DNA from: Candidatus Cloacimonadota bacterium
GTDB taxonomy: Bacteria > Cloacimonadota > Cloacimonadia > Cloacimonadales > WRIO01
Assembly (NCBI GenBank): GCA_029564175.1
Contig: JAKQQL010000187.1
Coordinates: forward strand, 1-46,592
Direction of reading: 5' to 3'
DNA: 46,592 bases
Part shown: piece after piece, positions 16,549-27,616 of the stretch
How the letters are laid out: each line of letters starts with the position of its first letter
Numbering within the stretch: position 1 is the first letter of the stretch
Translations under genes and position numbers: made by a program
The notes under the pieces: generated by a model
Told to the model about the DNA's origin: nothing
Database searches by the model: none
Seen by the model: only the letters and a program-made list of their open reading frames with translations

Positions 16549-18636
16549 GTGAATAAGAAGCATTTTTTATTTGAACTTGGAACAGAAGAAATTCCTGCAG
16601 GCTATATTGGCAATGCCATTCAAAAATTTGAAGAACTCATTACTCAATCTCTCAGTGAAAATAAATTAAGTTATGAACAAATATTGACTTACACAACGCC
16701 ACGGCGTATGGCTATTCTTGTAAAAGACCTTCAAATCCAACAGGCAGATGAAATAATAGAAAAGACTGGTCCTGCCAAAAAGATTGCCATGGATGATAAT
16801 GGTCAATTGACGAAACCTGGGCTGGGTTTTGTTCAGGGAGCTAAAGCCAGACCTGAAGATGTGTTTATCAAGGAAACTCCTAAGGGAGAATACATTGCCG
16901 TAAAGGTAGAAATAAAAGGGAAAAGTGTGCAGGATTTACTGCCTGAGATGCTAAAAAATGCCATTGATAAGATTTATTTTCCTAAATCAATGCGTTGGGG
17001 TTCATTGAATATACCATTTGCCCGTCCGATCCGCTGGATCATTGCCCTGCTGGACCAGGAAATTATTCCTTTTGAATATGCAGGGATAAAGGCATCCAAT
17101 ATTAGTCAGGGAAATCGTTTTTATCAGTTGGAAAGCAATACGCTGATATCAAATCCTGATCAGTACTTGACTCAGTTGAGAAAGGTCTTTGTAATTGCTG
17201 ACCGCGAAGAGAGAAAAGGTCTGATTAGTGAGCAGATGACTTCTCTTTATAAAGATTCCCGTTTTAAGATTCAGGAAGACCAGAGACTGCTTGATCAGGT
17301 GACAGACCTGGTAGAATATCCGACTGCCGTAATCGCTTCTTTTGAAGCAAAATATCTGAGATTGCCAGAAAAAATTATAACTTCCACACTGACACAAAAT
17401 CAGAAATATTTCGCTGTTTTAGATGAAAACAATCAATTAACAAATTACTTTGTTTTTATTTCTAACGGTAACCCTGAACATTCTGATATTATCAGAACAG
17501 GTAATGAAAAGGTTGTTCGTGCAAGATTGGAAGACGCAGAGTTTTATTATGATGAAGACCTGAAAAAGAGACTTGAATACTATGTGCAAAAATTGGATTC
17601 AGTAGTGTTTCAGGCAAAATTGGGAACATTGCTGGAGAAAACAGAACGCATTAAAGCTATTAGCAATTACTTATGTGATCAACTGAATGTTGATGAATTA
17701 TCCAGAAAACAGATTGTCCGTGCAGCTCATTTATGTAAAGCTGATTTGGTAACCTTAATGCTTGGAGAAAAAGAATTTACCAAACTTCAAGGTTATATTG
17801 GTATGAATTACGCCCTTCATTCTCAGGAAGAAGAAGTCGTTGCTCAGGCCATTTATGAGCATTATATGCCTCGTGGACAGAATGATCAGTTACCCGCAAA
17901 CAGCATAAGTGCGATTGTAGCGATTGCTGATAAAATCGATACCGTTTGCGGTATTATCGGTGTGGATTTAATCCCTACCGGTTCAAATGATCCCTTTGCT
18001 TTAAGACGTGCTGCCAATGGCATTGTCCAGATCGCTGAGAAGTATCAGATGGACTTTAATATCAATGAGTTAATAGATTTTGCCTACACACAGCTTAAAG
18101 AAAAATTACAGTCAGAAACCCACAATCTGGACGTGGTAAAAGACTTTATCAAGCAGAGAGTTCGTTGGCTTATGGAGCAAAATGGCTTTGAGTATGATCT
18201 GATAGACAGTTTGAATCATGTCGAATGGAACAGTCTTTTAGATATAAAAACCAGATTGTCAGATCTGAAAGCAGTGAAGCAAAAAGATGATTTTATCAAG
18301 CTTGTTTTAGGATTTAAGCGGGTCTCTAACATTATCGAAAAGAGTAAGACTAACAGCCTTTTTAATGAAACTTTGTTACAGGAAGATGCAGAAAAAGCAC
18401 TCTATGAGAATTTTGTGATACTTCAGAAAAGTCTGACAGAGAAATTACAAAGTAAAGCATATCATCTTGCTTTGAATGAGATACTGCCATTTAACAGTCA
18501 TATAGATCATTTCTTCGATTGTGTGCTCGTTAACTGTGAAGATATACAGATAAAAGAGAATCGCTATGCGTTGTTAAGAATGATTCGTATGCTTTTTCTG
18601 CAGATTGCAGATATTAGTAAGATTGTAACTGAGTAG
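16549..18636 (+). CDS. glyS: Glycine--tRNA ligase beta subunit
   Basis: LFELGTEEIPA, TPRR, FPKSMRW..FARPIRW, GNEKVVRARLEDA, PTGSNDPFALRRAA. Confidence 0.97.
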   Translation: MNKKHFLFELGTEEIPAGYIGNAIQKFEELITQSLSENKLSYEQILTYTTPRRMAILVKDLQIQQADEIIEKTGPAKKIAMDDNGQLTKPGLGFVQGAKARPEDVFIKETPKGEYIAVKVEIKGKSVQDLLPEMLKNAIDKIYFPKSMRWGSLNIPFARPIRWIIALLDQEIIPFEYAGIKASNISQGNRFYQLESNTLISNPDQYLTQLRKVFVIADREERKGLISEQMTSLYKDSRFKIQEDQRLLDQVTDLVEYPTAVIASFEAKYLRLPEKIITSTLTQNQKYFAVLDENNQLTNYFVFISNGNPEHSDIIRTGNEKVVRARLEDAEFYYDEDLKKRLEYYVQKLDSVVFQAKLGTLLEKTERIKAISNYLCDQLNVDELSRKQIVRAAHLCKADLVTLMLGEKEFTKLQGYIGMNYALHSQEEEVVAQAIYEHYMPRGQNDQLPANSISAIVAIADKIDTVCGIIGVDLIPTGSNDPFALRRAANGIVQIAEKYQMDFNINELIDFAYTQLKEKLQSETHNLDVVKDFIKQRVRWLMEQNGFEYDLIDSLNHVEWNSLLDIKTRLSDLKAVKQKDDFIKLVLGFKRVSNIIEKSKTNSLFNETLLQEDAEKALYENFVILQKSLTEKLQSKAYHLALNEILPFNSHIDHFFDCVLVNCEDIQIKENRYALLRMIRMLFLQIADISKIVTE

Positions 18637-18688
18637 TAAGGTAGCTACCAGTTTGTGAAATAGTATATTATAAAGATAAATCAGGAGA

Positions 18689-19687
18689 ATGACAATGGAT
18701 ATCGTCAAAATGTTCAGAGATAAAGCGAAAGCTTTAAATGGCACAATCGTGTTGCCTGAATCACACGATGAAAGAATGTTGAAAGCAAGTGAACTGATCA
18801 TTCAGGAAGGACTGGCAAAAGTCGTATTAATTGGCTGTCCTGAAACCGTTAAAGCCGATGCAGAAAAATGGAATGTAAACTTAGAAGGCGCTGAAATTAT
18901 CAATCCTGCTGACTATTCACGCTTAAATGAATTAGTTGATTTCTTCTATGACAAAAGAAAATCTAAGGGTTTGACTCGTGAACAGGCGCATGAAACTGTT
19001 CTAAATCCACTTTTCTTTGGTGCTTTACTGGTTCAGTTTAAAATTGTAAACGGTATGGTTGCCGGAGCTGCCAATACAACTGGTGATGTGCTCAGAGCTG
19101 CTTTACAGGTGATTGGTGTGAAAGCCGGATTAAAAACCGTTTCCAGTTCCTTTATCATGGTTACGCCTAATTTTATGGGTGAAGACAGAGTTTTTCTTTT
19201 TGGCGACTGCGCCGTTGTGCCTAATCCAACTGCTGAACAGTTGGCAGATATTGCGATTTCAACAGCTACCACCCGCAGTGCCTTGTTGGGAGATGAGCCA
19301 AAAGTAGCGCTTTTATCATTTTCAACCAAAGGCAGTGCTGATCACGAATTAGTGGATAAAGTCAGAGAAACCTATAAAATATTAGAAGACAGAAAAGTTG
19401 ATTTTGAATTTGACGGAGAATTACAACTTGATGCTGCGATTGTGCCTAAAGTAGGTGCCAGCAAAGCACCTGGTTCAAAAGTAGCTGGTCAGGCAAACAC
19501 TTTAATCTTCCCTGATTTACAGGCAGGAAATATTGGTTACAAGTTAGTTCAAAGATTTGCCAATGCAGAAGCAATTGGTCCTGTGATTCAGGGTCTTGCT
19601 GCACCTGTTTGCGATTTATCCCGTGGTTGTTCTGTGGAAGATATTGTTAATACTACCGCTTTAGTCTTATTAATTTCACAAAAATAA
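18689..19687 (+). CDS. pta: Phosphate acetyltransferase
   Basis: IVLPE, LLSFSTKGS, DGELQLDAA, FPDLQAGNIGYK, DLSRGCS. Confidence 0.96.
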   Translation: MTMDIVKMFRDKAKALNGTIVLPESHDERMLKASELIIQEGLAKVVLIGCPETVKADAEKWNVNLEGAEIINPADYSRLNELVDFFYDKRKSKGLTREQAHETVLNPLFFGALLVQFKIVNGMVAGAANTTGDVLRAALQVIGVKAGLKTVSSSFIMVTPNFMGEDRVFLFGDCAVVPNPTAEQLADIAISTATTRSALLGDEPKVALLSFSTKGSADHELVDKVRETYKILEDRKVDFEFDGELQLDAAIVPKVGASKAPGSKVAGQANTLIFPDLQAGNIGYKLVQRFANAEAIGPVIQGLAAPVCDLSRGCSVEDIVNTTALVLLISQK

Positions 19688-19837
19688 AAATGTTATTTTT
19701 TGAAACTAATCAAAATAGAGCGTTAAAATCAAAAGAATTTCTTTTTCAAAAAGAAGAAAGTCTGATATGCTCTGATAGTGGCATTATGGCGGGTATTTTG
19801 AAGAATTATCAAAAAATAAAAAATAAAGAGGTCTAAA

Positions 19838-21037
19838 ATGGCGATTAATTTATCTAATCGTGCGAAGGCGATTCCTCCTTCTCCAACTTTGACAATTTCT
19901 AACAAAGCAAAGGAAATGGTGGCAAAAGGGATTGATGTCGTAAATTTTGGTGTGGGTGAACCTGATTTTAATACACCTGATTACATCAAAGAATCTGCTA
20001 AAAAAGCGATTGATGCTAATTTTACCCGTTACACAGCGAATGCTGGTATCCCTGAACTCAAAAAAGCAATCTGTGAAAAGTTTCAGAGAGACAATCAGTT
20101 GACTTATACACCTGAACAGATACTGGTTTCCCCGGGTGCTAAGGCTTCCATCGTTTATACGCTGATGGCTGTCATCAATCCAGGCGAAAAAGTGCTTGTT
20201 CCAGCTCCATATTGGGTGTCTTATCCTTCACAGGTGGAACTTGCCGGCGGAAAATGCGTTTTTGTGAATACTGAAGAATCTAATAATTTTAAAATTACTG
20301 CTCAGCAAATTGAAGATTGTGTTCAGGCAGAAGGAGAAATCAAAGCCTTTTTTCTCAATTCTCCAAATAATCCAACCGGTGCTGTCTATACAAAGGAAGA
20401 GTTAACTGCGATTGCTGAAGTATGTGTAAAACATAATATCATGGTGATTTCGGATGAAATCTATGAAAAATTGGTCTATGACGGGAAACAACATGTCTCA
20501 ATTGCTGGTATTTCAGAAGAAGTCAAGGCATTAACCGTTATAATAAACGGTGTATCCAAGGCTTATGCCATGACTGGCTGGAGACTGGGCTATTGTGCCG
20601 GTCCGGTGGATGTGGTAAAAGCAGCTGCCAGAGTTCAGGAACATGCCAGCTCCAATGTCAATTCCATCACTCAGAAAGCAACCGTAACCGCTCTGACTGT
20701 AGATGATGGCTCTCTCGAAAAGATGAGAATTGAATTTGAAAAGAGAAAAAACTTCTTAATCGAAGCCCTGAACAAGATAGATAATGTGACCTGTACGGTT
20801 CCAAATGGAGCCTTTTATGCGGTACCAAATATCTCCTATTATATTAAAAACAACAAAAAGGGATTTACCACTTCAACCGAGATATCTCTCTATTTATTAG
20901 ATAATTATCATATTGCCTGTGTTGCAGGTGATTCATTTGGATTGAATGATATTATTCGTTTTTCCTATGCGAACAGTATGGAAAATCTGATTAAAGGGGT
21001 TGAACGTTTTGAATCAGGGCTTAAATCTCTGTTATAA
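19838..21037 (+). CDS. aspC: Aspartate aminotransferase-like PLP class I enzyme
   Basis: GVGEPDF, NSPNNPTG, SDEIYE, NGVSKAYAMTGWRLGY. Confidence 0.88.
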   Translation: MAINLSNRAKAIPPSPTLTISNKAKEMVAKGIDVVNFGVGEPDFNTPDYIKESAKKAIDANFTRYTANAGIPELKKAICEKFQRDNQLTYTPEQILVSPGAKASIVYTLMAVINPGEKVLVPAPYWVSYPSQVELAGGKCVFVNTEESNNFKITAQQIEDCVQAEGEIKAFFLNSPNNPTGAVYTKEELTAIAEVCVKHNIMVISDEIYEKLVYDGKQHVSIAGISEEVKALTVIINGVSKAYAMTGWRLGYCAGPVDVVKAAARVQEHASSNVNSITQKATVTALTVDDGSLEKMRIEFEKRKNFLIEALNKIDNVTCTVPNGAFYAVPNISYYIKNNKKGFTTSTEISLYLLDNYHIACVAGDSFGLNDIIRFSYANSMENLIKGVERFESGLKSLL

Positions 21038-21265
21038 ATGAGGATAGAATTGAAAAGAAGATTTCTGAAAGATGAAATAGAATATCGTTATGAACGTAAC
21101 CGTTCAGGTCGTTTTGGCGGATGGAAGGGTCTTATTATTAAGATCCTTCTGTTCGCACTTTTAATACACTTCTTTATTTCTTTTAATAAGGATAGTGCAC
21201 AGAACATTTTATGGTTTATTTCCGGTGGAGATAAAGATTATGCAGGGATAGAGGAGGGAAATTAG
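21038..21265 (+). CDS. Small single-pass membrane protein, hypothetical
   Basis: ATG directly after the aspC stop, stop overlapping the next GTG; one hydrophobic helix. Confidence 0.65.
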   Translation: MRIELKRRFLKDEIEYRYERNRSGRFGGWKGLIIKILLFALLIHFFISFNKDSAQNILWFISGGDKDYAGIEEGN

Positions 21266-22191
21266 TGAAAAAAAATGTGGACAAAGGTCGTCAGACAGAT
21301 TTGCTGATAATCGGTTCAATTGCTTTTGATGATGTGAAAACCCCATCTGGAGAAGTAAAGGATTCACTTGGCGGATCTGCGGTTTATGCTGCTATAGCAG
21401 CTTCAAAGTTTACCGCCTCAGGTATCGTCGGAGTAGTTGGAGATGATTTTAAACAGGATACTTTAAGTTTACTGCAAGACAATCAGATAGATACAAGGGG
21501 AGTAGAATTTGCCAAAGGCGAAACATTTCACTGGTCTGGTGTCTATAATGACCTGAATAAAGCTGAAACTCTGGATACCCGTTTGAATGTTTTTGCAGAT
21601 TTTGATCCAAAAATACCAGTTTCTTATGAAGAAGCCAGATATCTATTTTTAGGTAATATACATCCTGCATTACAGCTTAAAGTGTTGGAACAATTAAAGA
21701 ATGCAGAGATAATAGCTTGTGATACAATGAATTACTGGATTAATACCACTCCGGATCTACTTGATCAGGTCGTCAGAAAAGTGAATATTATTTTTATCAA
21801 TGAAGACGAAATTAAGTCATTAACCGGCTTACAGAATGTGTTTGATGCCGGCGAAAAGGTATTGTCTATGGGACCGGAACTCGTATTGATCAAACGCGGT
21901 GAATATGGTGCAGTGGCAATGGGAAGGGACTTTATGTTTTTTGCACCGGTATATCCGGTTCGTAATGTTGTTGATCCAACCGGCGCAGGAGATTCCTTTG
22001 CCGGAGGCTTTATGGGTACGATTGTAAAAGCCGGCTGTATCAATGAAAAGGTGATAAAAGAAGCAGTTATTAACGGTACCATTACGGCTTCTTTTAATAT
22101 TCAAGACTTTAGTTTTAAGCTCTTACTGACTGCATCACAAGAAGAAATTGAAGAACGAAAACAAAAACTAATTAAATATATGGGAATGTAG
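21265..22191 (+). CDS. PfkB family carbohydrate/nucleoside kinase
   Basis: LGGSAVY, NEDE, VDPTGAGDSFAGG. Confidence 0.92.
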   Translation: MKKNVDKGRQTDLLIIGSIAFDDVKTPSGEVKDSLGGSAVYAAIAASKFTASGIVGVVGDDFKQDTLSLLQDNQIDTRGVEFAKGETFHWSGVYNDLNKAETLDTRLNVFADFDPKIPVSYEEARYLFLGNIHPALQLKVLEQLKNAEIIACDTMNYWINTTPDLLDQVVRKVNIIFINEDEIKSLTGLQNVFDAGEKVLSMGPELVLIKRGEYGAVAMGRDFMFFAPVYPVRNVVDPTGAGDSFAGGFMGTIVKAGCINEKVIKEAVINGTITASFNIQDFSFKLLLTASQEEIEERKQKLIKYMGM

Positions 22192-22198
22192 GCAAATT

Positions 22199-23218
22199 AT
22201 GGATTACAAAACATCCGGAGTGGATATTGAAGCAGGTGAAAATGCTGTACAGCGGATAAAATCACTTGTCAGAAAAACCTATAATCAAAATGTACTGACC
22301 GAACTTGGATCTTTTGGCGGACTATATCAAATTGATCTGTCCAAATGGAAAGCCCCTGTGATGGTTGCCAGTACCGATGGTGTAGGTACGAAATTGATTG
22401 TTGCCCAGAGAGCAGGGATTTTTGACACAGTAGGACAGGATCTTGTGAATCACTGTGTCAATGATATTTTTGTACAAGGGGCTGAACCACAGTATTTTAT
22501 GGACTATATTGGTTGTGGTAAACTGGATCCTGAAAAAATTGAGCAAATCATTAGTGGTATGACTAAAGCCTGTCTGGAAAATGGTATGTCCTTAATCGGT
22601 GGTGAGATGGCAGAAATGCCCGGCATTTATCAAAGCGAAGACTTTGATCTTGTCGGCACAATTACAGGTTTGATAGAAAAAAACAGAATTATTACCGGTG
22701 AAGCGATTCAGGAAGGTGACATTATTATTGGTTTCAAAGGAAATGGCTTGCATACTAATGGTTATTCTCTGGCGAGAAAAATCTTTTTTGATGTTATGAA
22801 AAAAGATGTAACTGACTATGTGCCAGAGCTTCAGGAGACAGTTGCAGAAGCATTGCTTAAAGTTCATCCTTCATACTATCCCTGTTTAAAAAACTGGACA
22901 GATCCTGCAATCAATCACGGGATGGCTCATATTACCGGAGGCGGATTGCCTGGTAATGTAAAGCGCGTTATACCCGATGGTTTATGTGCTACGATTGATA
23001 CGCAGAGCTGGAAAGTGCCTGATATTTTTAGGTTAATGCAGGAATCCGCAAAAATCAGTAATGAAGAAATGTTTAAAGCCTTCAATATGGGTATTGGATT
23101 CGTCGTAATTGTAGATCCTTCTTATGCTGATCAGCTGTGCAAGGAGACAGAAGGCTTTAAAATTGGTATCATGACAGCCGTTGAAAAGTCATCAAAAGTG
23201 ATGATTCATTACACTTGA
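22199..23218 (+). CDS. purM: Phosphoribosylformylglycinamidine cyclo-ligase (AIR synthetase)
   Basis: YKTSGVDI, STDGVGTK, GGEMAEMPG, GLHTNGYSL, AHITGGG, FNMGIG. Confidence 0.97.
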   Translation: MDYKTSGVDIEAGENAVQRIKSLVRKTYNQNVLTELGSFGGLYQIDLSKWKAPVMVASTDGVGTKLIVAQRAGIFDTVGQDLVNHCVNDIFVQGAEPQYFMDYIGCGKLDPEKIEQIISGMTKACLENGMSLIGGEMAEMPGIYQSEDFDLVGTITGLIEKNRIITGEAIQEGDIIIGFKGNGLHTNGYSLARKIFFDVMKKDVTDYVPELQETVAEALLKVHPSYYPCLKNWTDPAINHGMAHITGGGLPGNVKRVIPDGLCATIDTQSWKVPDIFRLMQESAKISNEEMFKAFNMGIGFVVIVDPSYADQLCKETEGFKIGIMTAVEKSSKVMIHYT

Positions 23219-23337
23219 TGCAAAAATGTTCAAAAATTAAAAGCAGTTAAAAAGGAATTTGTAATGATAATAATCATTTGAAAATAAAAGAGATATAAGA
23301 ATCAATGTATTTATTTTAAAAAAAATGATTAAAAAAA

Positions 23338-23367
23338 TTGACAATACACAGTATTGCTATATTTTTT
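23338..23367 (+). promoter_or_regulatory. Promoter of the TonB/PorV operon
   Basis: TTGACA-N16-TATTTTTT. Confidence 0.45.
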
Positions 23368-23465
23368 GGATATTGAACTATATAATAAGTATATAGTATC
23401 GTTGTGGAGTTCTCAGAGAGAATGAGAAAGTGTTAAAGAAAAAATCCATAAAGGGAGGATGATTA

Positions 23466-26363
23466 ATGCAAAAGAAACTGCTTATACTCATCACAATCAT
23501 TTTGTTAGTAAGCGTTTCACTATTCTCTGCTACTACTGGTAAGCTTGCTGGCCGTGTAAAAGATGACAAAGGCAATAATGTCCCATACGCCAATGTCATT
23601 TTAAAAGGCACTACCATTGGTGCAATGACAGATGAACAAGGTAAATTCATGATTATTAATATTCCGCCGGGAACTTATACTGTTGTGTGCCAGTTAATGG
23701 GTTACGCACCTTATGAGATGACCGGAGTAAGAATTAATGTCGATGAAACCCGTACAGTCAACATTTCTCTTTCTAAGAAAACACTTCAGATGAAAGAAGT
23801 GATTGTCGTCGCAAAAGAAGAAATGGTTGAAAGAGGTCGTGCTGGTACCAGTAAGAATATTTCTGCTGATCAGATCAGTGATATAGCGGTGAGCGATATT
23901 TCTGGTGTAATAGCGATGCAGGCTGGTGTTACTCAGAAAGACGGACAATTATTCGTACGTGGTGGCCGTGCAAATGAAGTAAACTTTACTGTTGACGGTA
24001 TGTCAGTATCTGACCCTGTCGATGGTGGTAGTGCTTTATCTGTTGACATGGACGCAGTAGCGGACATGAAAGTGATTACCGGTGGTTTAACCGCAGAATA
24101 TGGTAATGCTCAGTCCGGTATGGTGAACATTGTCAGTAAAGACGGTTCCAGCCAATATGAAGGAAAAATCGAAGGAACAACTGATCATTTGTTCCAGGAT
24201 GCTTCCAATATGGATGAAGTAAAATTTGCTATTGGCGGACCTATGATTCCATTCGGTTTTGATTCATTAAAGGATAAATTGACATTTTTCCTTAATGGAG
24301 CAGGTGCATGGACAGATGGTCGTTTTCGTGAGTTCTTTAAAAATAACCCAAACCAGGATTTACGTTACATTACTTCAGTTGCTTATGATACTTATGATCC
24401 ATACTCTGAAAGAGATGAACTTTTAGGATTTCAGATCAGCAACAGAAATTATAATGATTATAATGTGAACTTAAAAACAAAATATGTCATCTCTCCTACT
24501 CAAAACGTATCTCTTGCTATTCGTGGCGACCGTTCATACTATACACCATTTTCACATTCCTGGAAATATGCTTTACAACATTATTTTGAAAGCGAAACCA
24601 ATCAAAGACAGATTATGTTAACTTATGACTTAACGATTGGTACAAAAAGCAACTTAAAAGTAAAATTAAGCCAGTTTGAAAAAACCACTTATCAAAACCC
24701 AAGAGGAATCGACAAAGAAAATTATATCTGGCAGGATAACTCAAATTATAATCCATCACTCGGTCTCTTAGGATACAGTAGTGTTGATAATAATGGCGAC
24801 GGTATCTTTGATTACGGATTTAATGAATCCAGTTCCTGGGCTTATTCTATTGATGGTCTGGATGATCCGGTTGCTATTACTGGTTTCAGAGCACCTGGTT
24901 CAATCTGGGATAACTTTATTGATGACAAAACTGCTACATTAAACCTTCGTGCTGATTACGAATACCAAATGAATGAAATCATTGGTTTCAAAACCGGTTT
25001 TGAATTGATTAAACATAAAATAGAAAAAAATCAGTTGCTTGGTTTCTTAACAACTGATATGAACCGTTTCAGAAATTACCTCTCAGTTTATGGTGATACT
25101 GCATCAACTGTTGTTGATGAAGACGGAAATACAATCGTTTATTATACTGCTGAAAGCTATACTGATGCTGCAAAAGCATCATCAGGTTCCAGAGATGGTT
25201 ATAAAGCTGAACCTTATCAGTTTGCATACTATCTTCAGGATAAAATGGAATGGGAAGGTATGATTGTTAATGCCGGTGTCCGTTTAGACTTATGGTATTT
25301 AGGATCAGAATATTCCATTCTTAAAGATGACAACACTTATCGTAAGAGAAAATTCGATTCTGACGATCGCTTACAAATGATGGTCTCTCCACGTTTAGGT
25401 ATTTCTCATCCAATTTCTGATCGCGATGTTGTTCACTTTGCATACAACTATCAGAATCAGTTACCTCCAATGAGATATATCTTTACCTCTAAAGATACAT
25501 CCGATGCTTACAGTAGCGGTAGCGCAGTTACTGTTGGTAACCCAGCTCTTGAACCACAGATTACAATTACTTATGAAGTAGGTTTACAGCATCAGATCAG
25601 TGAAGATTATGTTGGTACTATTACTGCTTATTACAAGAACTTCTACAACTATGTAAGTACAAAAAAACAATTATCCGCTTCTGAAGCGAGTGTATTCTGG
25701 TATAACTATATTTCTGAAGATTACGGCTCAGCACGTGGTATTGACTTAAGTTTAAGCAGAAGAATGTACAACTTTATTTCTGCTGACGCTTCATACTCAT
25801 TAGCATGGGCTCAGGGTAATAATTCCAGTACAGTTGTTCAGGATGAAAACACTAATCTTCGTGAATTCCCTCTTGATTGGGATGTCAGACACAACTTCAA
25901 CTTCAGTGTGACATTCAAAATAGATAAAGGTGAAGAATTCTTCGTACCTTACACTTCATACATTTTACCATTAGATGATTTCTCTGCAAGCATCAACTAC
26001 AATATTGCTTCTGGTAATCCTTATACCCCTGCTGACCCTGTATCAGGTACATCTCTTGAGACTAACTCAAAACGTATGGACTATACCAGCAATGCAGATT
26101 TAAAATTATCAAAGAGAATCTTTGTCTCTGAAAAAGCATTCTTCAGAATGAACTTTACTGTTGAAAACCTGTTCAAGAAAAATAACGTAAATAACGTTTA
26201 TCCACGTACAGGTTCTCCTTACTATGATGGTGCTGACCTTACAGATGCAACACAGGGTTATACTTTTGAAGAAACCCAGTATATTCATGATCTGATTACA
26301 AAAGATCCATCAAATACCAATAATAATAGAAACTACATTTTTGGTATTTCATTCAATTTCTAA
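23466..26363 (+). CDS. TonB-dependent receptor with N-terminal carboxypeptidase-regulatory-like domain
   Basis: TTGKLAGRV; plug VRGGRANEV..VDGM..GGLTAEYGNAQSG; SPRLGISHP; GNPALEP; C-terminal FGISFNF. Confidence 0.93.
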   Translation: MQKKLLILITIILLVSVSLFSATTGKLAGRVKDDKGNNVPYANVILKGTTIGAMTDEQGKFMIINIPPGTYTVVCQLMGYAPYEMTGVRINVDETRTVNISLSKKTLQMKEVIVVAKEEMVERGRAGTSKNISADQISDIAVSDISGVIAMQAGVTQKDGQLFVRGGRANEVNFTVDGMSVSDPVDGGSALSVDMDAVADMKVITGGLTAEYGNAQSGMVNIVSKDGSSQYEGKIEGTTDHLFQDASNMDEVKFAIGGPMIPFGFDSLKDKLTFFLNGAGAWTDGRFREFFKNNPNQDLRYITSVAYDTYDPYSERDELLGFQISNRNYNDYNVNLKTKYVISPTQNVSLAIRGDRSYYTPFSHSWKYALQHYFESETNQRQIMLTYDLTIGTKSNLKVKLSQFEKTTYQNPRGIDKENYIWQDNSNYNPSLGLLGYSSVDNNGDGIFDYGFNESSSWAYSIDGLDDPVAITGFRAPGSIWDNFIDDKTATLNLRADYEYQMNEIIGFKTGFELIKHKIEKNQLLGFLTTDMNRFRNYLSVYGDTASTVVDEDGNTIVYYTAESYTDAAKASSGSRDGYKAEPYQFAYYLQDKMEWEGMIVNAGVRLDLWYLGSEYSILKDDNTYRKRKFDSDDRLQMMVSPRLGISHPISDRDVVHFAYNYQNQLPPMRYIFTSKDTSDAYSSGSAVTVGNPALEPQITITYEVGLQHQISEDYVGTITAYYKNFYNYVSTKKQLSASEASVFWYNYISEDYGSARGIDLSLSRRMYNFISADASYSLAWAQGNNSSTVVQDENTNLREFPLDWDVRHNFNFSVTFKIDKGEEFFVPYTSYILPLDDFSASINYNIASGNPYTPADPVSGTSLETNSKRMDYTSNADLKLSKRIFVSEKAFFRMNFTVENLFKKNNVNNVYPRTGSPYYDGADLTDATQGYTFEETQYIHDLITKDPSNTNNNRNYIFGISFNF

Positions 26364-26384
26364 TTTACAGGAGGAATTAATAAA

Positions 26385-27191
26385 ATGAAAAAAAATCTGA
26401 TTCTTACAATGATCGTATTATTCGCAATGAATATTTTACTCTCAACTGCATTATTTGCTCAGGACGCAGCTCCAGCTGCTGACACTGCACAAGTTGCACA
26501 AACTGAAACAGCTCCTGCTGCAGACGAAGCTGCTGCAAAAAGCTCAAATTTTGAATATTATGCACGTAAAGTAGCTGGTAGTTACCTGGTTGACCTGATG
26601 ATTAATGGTGGATGGGTTATGTGGCCTATGTTAATATTAACTATCTGGGGTTTTGCAATCTGTATTTGGAAAATCGTTCAGTTATCTTATGCAAAAATTA
26701 ATTTAAATCATTTCTTATCACAGATTATTCCTTTGATTGAACAGAAAAAATATAAAGAAGCTGCAGAATATGCAAAAAAGACAAGAGGTCCTGTTGCAAC
26801 CGTTGCTCATGCTGGTTTACTTAAAGCGGATATGGGAAAAGATGCTCTTGAAACTGCAATCGAAAATTCATCAACAGTTGAAATGGCTTTCCTTGAAAGA
26901 GGTTTTATACATATTAACACTACAATTAACTTAGCACCTATGTTTGGTTTCTTTGGAACGATTCTTGGTATGATTCAGGCATTCGATTCTATTGCTAAAG
27001 CGGGTGAAGTTGATCCTACTATCGTTGCTGATGGTATTAAAGTGGCGTTGATTACTACCCTTGCAGGTCTTGCGATTGCTATCCCAGTTCAGTTTGTCAA
27101 TAATGTATTATTAACCATGGTTGACGGCTTAGTAATTGATATGCAGAGAGCAGCTGATAAAATTGTAGAAACTTATGTTGAGAAGAAATAA
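26385..27191 (+). CDS. exbB: MotA/TolQ/ExbB proton channel protein
   Basis: GGWVMWP; APMFGFFGTILGMIQAF; GIKVALITTLAGLAIAIP; N-terminal signal and Ala-rich linker. Confidence 0.92.
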   Translation: MKKNLILTMIVLFAMNILLSTALFAQDAAPAADTAQVAQTETAPAADEAAAKSSNFEYYARKVAGSYLVDLMINGGWVMWPMLILTIWGFAICIWKIVQLSYAKINLNHFLSQIIPLIEQKKYKEAAEYAKKTRGPVATVAHAGLLKADMGKDALETAIENSSTVEMAFLERGFIHINTTINLAPMFGFFGTILGMIQAFDSIAKAGEVDPTIVADGIKVALITTLAGLAIAIPVQFVNNVLLTMVDGLVIDMQRAADKIVETYVEKK

Positions 27192-27200
27192 GGGGGACTA

Positions 27201-27608
27201 ATGTTACGTCCCAGAAAAAAAAGAGCAATGGGCGGAATTCCTACAGCCTCCATGTCTGATGTGGCATTTCTCTTATTAATCTTCTTCTTATCAACCACCA
27301 AATTTGATATGAAGTATGGTCTTGGTTTGGTTTTACCTGCTCCAACAACAGAGGAGACAGTTAAAGTAAAACTGAAAGATGATAACCTTACCAAGATATT
27401 AATCAACAAAGATGGATTGGTACAGGTAAATGAAAGCATTGTTCCATTAGAACAATTACAAGAGAAAATTAGTGCCATGGTCAAGAAAAACCCTGATATG
27501 GTGATCATGTTGAAAACCGACAGACAAAGTAACTATAATAATATGATTAATGTACTTGACCAGTTAAGGCTAGCCGGTGCAGAAAAAATTAATCTGTCAA
27601 CAAATTAG
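27201..27608 (+). CDS. exbD: ExbD/TolR biopolymer transporter
   Basis: IPTASMSDVAFLLLIFF with conserved TM Asp. Confidence 0.9.
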   Translation: MLRPRKKRAMGGIPTASMSDVAFLLLIFFLSTTKFDMKYGLGLVLPAPTTEETVKVKLKDDNLTKILINKDGLVQVNESIVPLEQLQEKISAMVKKNPDMVIMLKTDRQSNYNNMINVLDQLRLAGAEKINLSTN

Positions 27609-27616
27609 GAGTCAAA

